Of a stretch of DNA of 64,000 nt, positions 1-9,670 are shown one piece after another; positions within the stretch are counted from its first letter, which is position 1; each line of letters begins with the position of its first letter. A program made the translations under genes and the position numbers. The notes under the pieces were generated by a model. That model was not told where the DNA came from, made no database searches, and saw only the letters and a list, made by a program, of their open reading frames with translations. This stretch comes from Macrostomum lignano (taxonomy: Eukaryota). The stretch is from contig NIVC01003191.1 in assembly GCA_002269645.1 (NCBI GenBank), positions 1-64,000 of the forward strand. The letters are read 5' to 3'.

Positions 1-205
1 TGCTCTGGTGGCGTGGATCCCACCGCCTTGTTCCTTCTGAAAGTGGAATGGCTTTATAGAATAGTCCCTTTTATTAACCACCAACTGATAATATTGACGG
101 TGTTTGTCATTCTTGTTGTTGCAAACATTCGGACCAGCCGAATTTAGGCGGGTTTTTCGCCCTTTTCAATTATCATATTAATTGTTGAATAGCGATCAAA
201 TTTAC

Positions 206-1563
206 CTGCGCTTAGCAACAATTCGTTTAAGTAGAGCCATCCAGAATCGGTGCTCCGGCCTTGAAGCCATCAATGAGTTTTGCACGTAGCTACCGTTAAC
301 ACTGCGAAGCCAGCGTCCGTCCATATTGGCAAATACTAACGCTGATTTGCTCAGCAGGTTACGGAAGTCTCGAAGGCAGACAGTGTCTATACCTGCATAG
401 ATACCACCGTAGTGCAGCAGGTATGTGTACTTGGCTAAGTCTGACCTGCAATCATAAATTTATAAGCTTTAAACTCATACACTATACAATAAGTTACGAG
501 TATAATATAACCATAGTTTTATCAAGCTATAATGGAATGGAATAATTTGTGTTTGCTTGTTTAAAAAGGAAAGCGATGCGCAGCTACACTAAGGTAGTTC
601 GAGTGTTGACTTTTCACTGCCAGCAACTTTTTGCCTGCCTACGAGTTAGGTTAAGGCTAGGTTTAAGTGGGTTAGGTAGCTCGTAGGTAAGGTAGTGTTT
701 AGAGTTTGGTAAGTATAGGTAGGTTTAGGTTAGGCAGTGTTATGGTTAAGTAAGTAGATTAAGGGTTTAGGTTTAGGGTTAAGTAAGTGCTTAGGTTAGG
801 GTAGGGTTATGTAGGTAAAGTAGTATTTACAGTTGGTAAGTATATAGTATAGATTAGGTTAGGGCAAGGTTGGGTTTAGGTAAATATATTAGGTTAGGGT
901 TTATGTTAGGATAGGGTTAAGGCTAGGGCCGACAGTCAGTTTGTTGCAGCAGAGTTGTTGGTCTGCAGTGAAAAGTCAAAAGACGTGGATTAAGTACGTA
1001 TTTCACAGCTGAGTGAGCTCGAGCAATAGCTGCGGCTGAGCTGTCGGTTGCACTTTTGGCACAATTGAGGCAGGTGTAATCAATTATTGTTATTATTATT
1101 CGGAGTGATGCAAACTGCGGAACTGAAGCTTTTGAATTCGAACCGAAAACAGAATAAATATACATATATTGCTAGGCTTTGCATTTTTGTGATTGCTTAC
1201 AATATCAGCTTACTTTTGCAGTCCAGAATTCAAACACTCGTAGGTAGGTAACAGCCAAGGAAAGTGCATCCCAATATGCCGGCGATTATCTTCGTCAGTC
1301 CAGAACATGTGCTTGCAGTCGGGTAGACAGCGAGCCCAGCTGTTTCGCCATCGTTGAGCCCTGGCGCTGAGCAGTCGGTGGCTCTTCCACGTCTGATGAA
1401 CGATGCAGGGAATTCCGCTTTCGCCGAGTGTCTCGTGTCTAATTTTGTCATGGCTGTTGTATACATGTATATCAGAGACCGGGAAGAACCACCTGCCGAT
1501 TAGAATGCCGCAGAATAGCAGCGTAATAACGCTGACGAACTTGACAAGCAGATTTGAAGCCAT
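206..1563 (-). CDS. GT32-family glycosyltransferase (SUR1/OCH1-like DXD sugar-binding), type II membrane protein; exons 1563-1214 and 445-206; 3' end unresolved, possibly disabled
   Basis: N-terminal TM (LLVKFVSVITLLFCGILIG), IPCIVHQTWK and WTDEDNR motifs. Donor AA|gtaagc at 1213 joins in phase to tgcag|G at 445, giving KSDLAKYTYLLHYGGIYAGIDTVCLR...NSLMASRPEHRFW. An upstream in-frame ATG at 1710 is also possible. Confidence 0.8.
640..925. repeat. Degenerate TTAGG/TTAGGG-like simple repeat inside the glycosyltransferase intron
   Basis: Many ttagg, ggttagg, tagggtt variants with strong G/T strand bias. Confidence 0.7.
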
Positions 1564-2317
1564 AGCTACTGTGAGTTTGTCGCTTGATAAGCACTGAAGC
1601 TGCTTTAGTTTAATGCTAAAATGTCTAGCGAGTGTGTTTCCCAGCCTAGATTGCCAGCTCTCGCTAAGGTCTTTTCTACATGTAATAACACACGACCCGC
1701 AGCTATTCATTGTTGAAGTTGCTATATAGAATGTACAGGTTAGCTCAACTTGAGGTTATTCAGTGTGCGAAATACAATGAAAGAACGACTATCGACCGTA
1801 CGCATTAGACCATTTATGCCCTTGTCACTCGTATTGTATTAAATTCTCGAAGTACGGTGGAGATGCACAAAATGTGTGTAGCATCAGTCGCAGACTATGA
1901 AGATTATTGCAACGTGTGGAACCCGAGCTTTCCTATAGCTAAGTTTTGTTTAGCTCTTCTCTATATTGACTGCACACGCCACCCGAGTAAAAACAGAGTA
2001 AAAAAACGATTTGCTAAACAATTTTGAGATGTTCTTCTTACATCGTATGTCAAATTACATGTGTCTATCACTTTTTAAATAACATATAGCTCGTGGAATA
2101 TAAATTAAGATTGGTTTTTCAAATTACTACTTTTATTTAGGAGTCCTTGGATAGTTCTTTGTACAATAAAATTGCGCTTAACAACAGATTTATTGCATAG
2201 TGAAGCCAAATCTACATATTAGTACGTTTTCATCGGTTCCAAACCGAAGCTTATTGGAAATTAAAGCAACATTAGTGATGTTCCATCGTTACGTTTGATA
2301 GCACTCATTTTATTTGA

Positions 2318-2525
2318 TAGTATTCATTTTGGTGCCGCAGGCACTCATTTTAGCACCACAGGGCCCAGGCACTCATTTTAGCGCCGCAGGCACGCATTTT
2401 GGCGCCGCAGGCACTCATTTTAGCGCCGCAGGCACTTATTTTAGCGCCGCAGGCACTCATTTTAGCGCCGCAGGCCCGCAGTTTAGCGCCGCAGGCATTC
2501 ATTTTAGCGCCGCAGGCACTCAAGC
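2318..2525. repeat. 21-bp tandem repeat (gcactcattttagcgccgcag), about 10 copies
   Basis: Directly visible. Confidence 0.9.
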
Positions 2526-3692
2526 GCTATGTTTTGTCACCCTGCAGCAAAATGCATTCATGCAAAGCAGCAAAAACCAAAAATAAGCAAGAAGCCTACA
2601 TTTTACATTTAAAGTATGGATGGGCCAGATACCCCTCATTTTAGAATGAGGCCCCCTCATTCTAAAAAGTGGGGGGGGGGCATTGCCCCACTGGCCTCCC
2701 CCGTTCCTACGCCTATATGCACAACGATCTTGCAGCTGTTGTGCTCTTCAGCAGTGTTGGCTACAAACTTGTGTGTCTCAGAGAGCCTCGCTAAATCTGT
2801 GCGAAGTGATTAAACAGAAGCATAAGTCTGAATACTTAGAGAGGATATGATGATCGAAGTTAGCTGGTGTGTCATTTAGGCACCAACAATTCTCGGCAGG
2901 CGAAAAGTAGAGACTGGCTTGTTCCGAACGACTGAGCATAAACTTGCGTTGTTTTTAGTGAGTAACAACTTGAAATATGCTGCAACAAAAGGACGTTCAT
3001 AAAAGCCTAACCTCAAAAGCAAGGAAGCATACAGTTCAATAGTTAATTGTTAGCTTCACTCATTTATACTAATAATAATCTTGAATAATGATGGAATACT
3101 TTTTGACATCTTCAGTTGTAAACTAGCTAGATAGCAATAATTAGATACTCTGCATTGACAGCACAAATGCATTTTTTCTGAATGTCGAAAGAGCCATTCT
3201 AGGCAAACCATACTTTGGTCGTCGCCGCTCGCTTCCGATAGGTACGAGCCGTATGTATATTGTCCATTACTTTATAAAATAAACTATTAACGTGAACAAA
3301 TATACTTGTAAAGCAGATCGATAGTGCTGCTATCCATTATAGTTGTCCATTAGTGTCCATTAGTGAAGACAACTTGAGCATTTTAATTGAGCTAAGAGCT
3401 GCAGCAGTTGATGGGACAAAGAGTGTTGGCTAGGCGCGGCGAACCCTCTGTTTACATTTTGATATAAATTTGCGATGTGAGGAGCACCACAAACAATTTC
3501 AGAAGTAGTTCAGTACAGGTGAAGATTGCCAGTTGATATATAGGAGAGAGCTAGCGCATGAGGAAATCCTCTCCTGCCACTTGCTTGTATACGAAACAAG
3601 CAAAGCATTTTGAAAAGAAGTAGCTAGTTCCAAAGCAAATGAAACATTGAGTGCTGAAAAGCCAACATTTTGCATCGCTTCATCGTCCTAAA

Positions 3693-4614
3693 ATGCATAA
3701 ACGAAAGAGTGGGTAAGCATTCGGCAGGAAAGGCTAAGCTTTCTAAAGTTAATCGGTATATCTTTATGTTTTTAGATTTGTTCATTCAAAAAACTTCCTA
3801 ATCCCCTCATATTTTTAGAGCCCTAAAAATTTACAACTTACTTCGTTTCCAAACGCTGACTTTCCTGCTGCTGCAGCTGATAGTTACGTCTTCGAAACAG
3901 TCTAGCACATGCCCGAATGCAAAAGTATCGTTCAGAAAAACGTCAGGAGCTGATTGCATTCGCCCTGAGTTCACTAAGATTGTGCGGGGGTTATGCAAAC
4001 AGCTGTCCTGCAGCCTTCTCTGCGCCAAGACTCCCAAATGCCAGGCCTTCACACTGCCCGCTGGCGACTGTGTCTGCAAGCTGTTCCTGTTCGACAAGTG
4101 CAGTCACCGAGTACAGTCAGTGCCTAACTGTGCTCACCTGGTGACCGTGTACGTGAGATCAATGGCCGGATTAGCGGCGGGTCGCTTGTGTCCTCCCGGA
4201 TACAAATACGCTCGGTTCGGCACCGCCTACAAGGTGTCAGCCTCGGCCGCGGCTAACTGGTTGGACGCCAAAGAGAAGTGCGGTCAGGAGGCTGGACTGT
4301 CGAAGTTCGCGGACGCTCTAGACACCGACGAGTCTCGCCATCTGGTGTGGATCAAGAACGTTTCGGAAGTATTAGGTAATGGCTTATACCTTGGAGGTTA
4401 CCAGATCCCAGGCTCGGGAAGCAGCACAGCAGGCTGGATCTGGGACACATGCAACAAGAGCATCCGAGCCGACGTTTGGGAGCCGCAACAGCCCAACAAT
4501 CAGAATGGCAATCAGGACTATGTAAACATTTACCACTCTCATCGAATTGGAATAAATGATTACAATTTCGACCGCCAGATTAAGTTTATTTGCGAGTGTC
4601 TCGTGGTGTTTTAG
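3693..4614 (+). CDS. Secreted protein with Cys-rich PAN/apple-like domain plus C-type lectin domain; exons 3693-3712 and 3819-4614
   Basis: ATG 3693 (MHKRKS), donor GG|gtaagc at 3713, acceptor tttttag|A at 3818, in phase. Hydrophobic signal (FQTLTFLLLQLIVTS), CxxxC pattern, then CTL motifs (WLDAKEKC, LYLGG, WIW, WEPQQPNN, INDY, FICE). Confidence 0.85.
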
Positions 4615-4787
4615 CGCAGTCGAATTAATACAATGCAGTTGGAATCGCTGAATTGATATTTTGAAAAGAAATATAAAGATGATAATCTAGCAAACTCAAA
4701 ATATTATCTGCGAAGCTTTAATCTTGGTCGTATTTTGGTAAAGCATAATTTATTGTAAAGATCGCAGGATCATTTTTATTATAAAAT

Positions 4788-5236
4788 CCAACAACAACAA
4801 CAAAGTACTTCACCCGCCAGCCACGCAGTGGCTAGAAAGGGGAGGGAGAAGTCAGAGAACACGTCTCTGGGCCATTGTTCTCAGAAAGCGACACCCCAGG
4901 TTGATCCAGGGCGCCAGTATCGGTCAAAAGCCTGTCAGGGTACAGGAACCGCTGGCAACAGGCAAGCCTCCCCGGCAGCGTCTCGGTAGTTGATCTCGGC
5001 AGGCAGGTCGGAGGGCACCGTGAAGACTACCATCGCGATGCCGCTGCCGTCAGGCCATCCAGCAGCCGCTGAGCGCCTTCAGCCGACGATGACAGCAGCA
5101 TGAGGTCGTTTGCGTAGCCAAAAACGGAGAACCGCTTCTCCGGGTCCCGCCGACTCGTGCGTCTTCGCAGTAGGAAGCCGTCATCCGGGCAGGCCGGTCC
5201 TCAGCACCCAATCCAGAGCCAGCACTGTTAGGCGGA
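4788..5236 (-). mobile_element. 5'-truncated, internally deleted non-LTR retrotransposon (RTE-like LINE) remnant
   Basis: Minus strand reads DDGFLLRRRTSRRDPEKRFSVFGYANDLMLLSSSAEGAQRLLDGL (degenerate YADD RT motif). (TTG)n tail at ~4790-4802. Flanked by attataaaat at 4778-4787 and 5237-5246 (TSD). Confidence 0.75.
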
Positions 5237-5424
5237 ATTATAAAATGTTACACCGATCAAAGCTTTTCCTAACTCAAGAAGCGTCGGTCCGTGCAACATA
5301 GGAAAGAAGTGACTTTAGATGTGTCGCCCAAGAGTCAAATTAAAGCGTTTTATTGCCTGAGACTCTGGGGGTCTATAGGTTTTCGACTCTGAAATGTAAT
5401 GAATATTTGTCGATTCTTGTCACG

Positions 5425-5539
5425 ACTGCCTGCTGGACTCTGCCGGCGGTGCGGCCTTTGTTCGCGCCCAGGCTCTGAAGCGTGCTCTGTGACGCTGCTT
5501 TTTTCCACCTGACAGCGTACTTTGTTGTTGTTGTTGTTG
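5425..5539 (+). mobile_element. Very short 3' end of a LINE with (TTG)n tail
   Basis: ORF-end-like CLLDSAGGAAFVRAQALKRAL*, then gtacttt(gtt)n tail. TSD ttgtcacg at 5417-5424 and 5540-5547. Confidence 0.65.
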
Positions 5540-7019
5540 TTGTCACGGTAAAGTTTCTAAACGGGTACATATATTGGGTGCAATTGGTCATTGGAACTGG
5601 TGGGAAATGTAGTGTGGACCTAGAGTGTTTTGATCCTTGCTTTGACGGTGCGGCAGACGAAAAGTGATGAACTGATGATTAGAAGTACGTAATTAAAATT
5701 TTGTTTTCTTTTTCTAAAAGGTTCCTTTATAGTTGTAACAAAATGTGAGGCCCAGTAGATCTCATTACAGAAAGCTCTGTCTAGGTAAACCACGAGAGCT
5801 CTGCGATTGTGCTTCTATGCAAAATGATCAAGCTAAAACAAAAAATTAGTAGATTAACTTTTTCGTAATCGCTGATATCTTTAAAAAACTCTTTGGGTAC
5901 ATTATGTCCGTTGTGGTGATTGAAACGTCCTGAAAACTTCTGCAATGTTTCATTAAACAGCTATATTAATATATAACGGCCGGGGGCGTGGCCTAGTGGT
6001 CTGTCAAGCGCGGCATTTGGGGCTAAATTGCAATCTCGGTGCTGTGACTCTGCTCGTGCAATTAACGCCCAGCTTAAGGACCAACCCTCAAGGAACAGTG
6101 AAGTGTACATGCCTAACGAACGATAAATAAAGCTAGGGCCGCTGTACACTCCTGTATTAGCAAGAGCCTGTGTGTATGACTGCGTAGGTATCCGCGTACG
6201 ATCCGTACCTGCGAACCTGCCTTTCGCCGGTTGTGTGACAATGTCGCTTAAAGTGCGCCAATGTGCAGACAGTCCCCTTCCTCTAATATATTTCTTTAAT
6301 ACTTCCTTTTGTCCATTATCGATTGGCTTTTGATTTATGTAATTAGGAAAATAAACTCGGAAGGAAATCTACCTTAGTTCAATTTCAACCATTCTCGTCA
6401 CTAGTGCAATAAAATCGATTCATACTACTTATATATAGCTTCGTACAAGTAGGTTGAGCTAGTCGGAAATATTACGTTGATCGGCATCACAAATGACAAT
6501 CGTCTTTTTCATTGACTATTACCAAATCAGAACTACGTATATGCAGTAGCAACGCTGCAACTGCTGTCAGATGAGTTGGCAAAGCCATAACCTTTGCGCA
6601 GTTAATCAGCAAGTTAATCCAATTATCACAACAGTCCTTTGCAGAGAGTGGCGACTGTTTCCCATAATCCAGCTATTAAATGGTTGGTTTGGATTTTTGG
6701 GAGAAAAAATCAGCTCTGTTTGCCTATAGGTTTCGCAGAGCTGTGTCCGCTAAGCCTCTAGTGAGCCTTGTGTCAACAAAGGAGACGTTAGCTCAGGTGC
6801 AGTTACCATTGGAAACCATTATTGTAAACTGCCTGCCGGGCTCTCTACCAACCTATGTCGCCCTCTCTCGACTCTCCTGCCCGATTGGGCATCGATAACC
6901 TCAGCAAACGGCGGCCCATATAATTAGCTGGAACCAGCTTAGAATCGAGGCCCAGTTTCATACAGTAAACTACGAGTGTAATATGCACCTGAAATTTCTC
7001 ATTGAAAAAATACACTAGA

Positions 7020-8729
7020 ATGACGTCATCAAAAGACACAGACCGCAGCCAGCGCAAGCAGATTTTGGAAGAGAGCGCGTCCGACACCACCATTCACGGC
7101 ATTCCGCGCACAGTTGGCGACAGACATCCGGCAGTGAAGGCGCTCTGGCTCCTGGCATTCATAGCCTTTGTTGGCTTCTTGACCCGGCAGTTTGTCATGG
7201 CCGTGATAAAACTGCGCAGCCTGCCAGTGTCCACTTCTATTGAGCCGAATTCTGCCACCTTCGAGTTCCCCGACGTTCACTTTTGCTCGCAACCGATGAT
7301 CTCTGCCAGCTATCCCTCGACAATGGGAGCAGAAGCCAGAAACTTCACGGATGCGCAGACGGCCAAGATTGTTCAGCTGTTGGACAGATTCAACGCGTCC
7401 CACCCATATTTCGTAGCCGTAGCCCTGGTGAACACGCTTCCCACAAGCTTTCTGAGCGAGAATTTCGGAATGCGAAAGGAGCAGTCGATAGTGAAGGCGA
7501 CTGTCATGCCGATGAACGTTGAGCTTGAATTCGATAAAGACATTGAGAGCTTTGGGCATTATAAATACCTCAATTGTTTTAGAGTCAGACCGAAGCAGAA
7601 TGATATACAAAGCATGCTGGGTAATGTGCTAGCTTATTTGGATATCTTTCTGTACGCTGACGCAACCTACAACCAGTCCGTAAAATTTTACGCCGGCCAC
7701 ATCGAATCCCGTGGACTGTCATTCACTGGCTACGAAAACCTGTTGGGATCTGGATTCCGGGTGTACTTTACTCCGAAGTACGGTTATCCGGATGAGTTCT
7801 CGCCTTCGGTGACGATAGCGCCAGGGTACACGCACTTCATCAAGCTGAGCATGCAGGTGACAAACTGGGCGGAGAAGAAGGGACAATGTCTCAGCGATCA
7901 GCCAAATGTTCAATACGTTGATCTGGCGAAAGCAGAGCCAGGAAGCTATCGGTACAATCTGTATGGTGAGACAAAGAATGCTCAATAGTAGAATTTGAAA
8001 TTGAAAGTCTAAAGACGCAAGTATTCTATTTAATTTTCAGCCTGTTACGCTAAGGAACTAGCCAACATCTATGCGACCAACCTGGAAGCTAATCTGCCAG
8101 GAATGCTGCCAATCCCATATTCGCAAAAGGATCTGCCAAATATTTACAACTTCAGCCAAATCGGACCTAATGCAAGCGACTCGGAGATTTTAAACAGATT
8201 AGTATTCATGAAAAAGATAACCAATGGCCAGCTAACCTAGGAAACAAGCCAGTTCATGCAGGAAGTTCAGACTATCTGCCAAAACAAGTACTCCTGCAAA
8301 GAGGCAGTCTACAAAGCGAAATTGTCTTCGATTAAGTCTCCTTTGAAGAAATCACTTCAATCCGAGTTCAGCCAGCTGCTATCGGCATCCTCTGTCAGGC
8401 TGTCGGGTGGCAACCAGTCCACCCCCGGCCGGGACTGGGTGATTCAACTGTTCAATGAGAGCGCTTCCGGTTCGGCTGCTGCCGAAGACGCAATGATTCG
8501 CGCAGTGTCGGAGAATTTTTTGCGAGTTCAGATTCAAGCCGGAGAGTTGTCCTCTACCGAGGTTGAGCAGTCTATTAGTTATAAATTATTCGATTTGACA
8601 GTGGAAGTTGGCGGCCTAATTAGTTTGTTTATTGGTGCCAGCTTGCTATCTCAGCTGGAAATCATTGAGCTATGCGTCTATATGGTCCTAGGACGCAGGC
8701 CTGCTACCGTACAAGCCGATGGTTCATAA
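7020..8729 (+). CDS. DEG/ENaC (amiloride-sensitive Na channel) family subunit 1; exons 7020-7965 and 8041-8729; in-frame TAG at 8238-8240
   Basis: Pre-TM1 TTIHGIPR (HG motif), TM1, FEFPDVHFC, APGY, TM2 VGGLISLFIGASLLSQLE. Intron G|gtgag...ttttcag|CC is in phase. May be a pseudogene or need a further 39-nt intron. Confidence 0.85.
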
Positions 8730-9670
8730 AACAGATGTCTTAGCCAATACAGACCACGTTTTGATGCTGTGTATCTTAAGATACGCTAAAAACTTGAATA
8801 TACTATTTGATTGTCGTACTTTAAATATGGAACAGTAGAAAATAGATTCTATATTCTCTCCCAACTAATAACTGGTGGCAAGCTCTCTTCTTCGCTCACT
8901 TCGCAAATCAGAAAAAAACGCCATCTTTCTACTGACAGTAGCAAATAATTACTAAGTTTTGTTTTCTTTTTAGCCTTTGGTCTTTTTTCATCAAGTGTAT
9001 GAGCCTAGTTTGGAGGCTTTATTATAAATAACACATATTTGTTGTTCACTTACTCTAAGTACGTTTTGTTCAGTGAAATGTCAGCAGATTATTAAGTTAA
9101 ATATGCTAGGCATATCATTTTTACAACTGCAATTTTTTAAAATACGCAAGGATAGAAAATTCCAGTATGCACTTTTGCAATTTAGAAGATAGTTACAGTC
9201 AACAATCCGAGACGTCGAGCACTATCCAATATCGTTTTATGATGTGATCACTCATTTCAAGACTTAGTTGTTCCTTTATTTAATTCCAGAATTGATAGTC
9301 CTTGTCGTAAAGTTCTGTTGGACTCGCCATAATTTGACGTTTTGCGACTTTTTTGATTATATAATTGTTGTGTGTACAAATTAATGCAGAGATGCGACTG
9401 CATCAAGCATGTGCCTATTAGTATAACATGCATGTACTTGTACTTTCCTTACATAAGGGAGCCAAACAGTAATGGATTAGGAACCTTGCTGATATGCTCA
9501 CGCTCAAGTATGCTGGTGGCAATCAATCAATTGAACAGTCCCCAGCTTGGGAGCAGCAGGGTGGGATTGGGCATCAATATTCTGCAATATGCTATAAAAA
9601 CTTTTTGTGGTTAATGGCCATACAGAGTTTTTAATTAATAGTTGAAGTTTCGATAAAGTCCATCGGTCGG

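Noticed and set aside
3802-3982. Idea that the lectin lacks an ATG and uses a spliced-leader AUG
   Set aside because: A cis exon with ATG at 3693 and a phase-matched GTAAGC donor explains the start.
5978-6070. tRNA/SINE-like head (TGGCCTAGTGG A-box match)
   Set aside because: No recognisable B box or cloverleaf; not supportable without a search.
7029-7610. 193-aa minus-strand ORF and other antisense ORFs over the ENaC, lectin and Kv3 exons
   Set aside because: Shadow frames of real coding exons.
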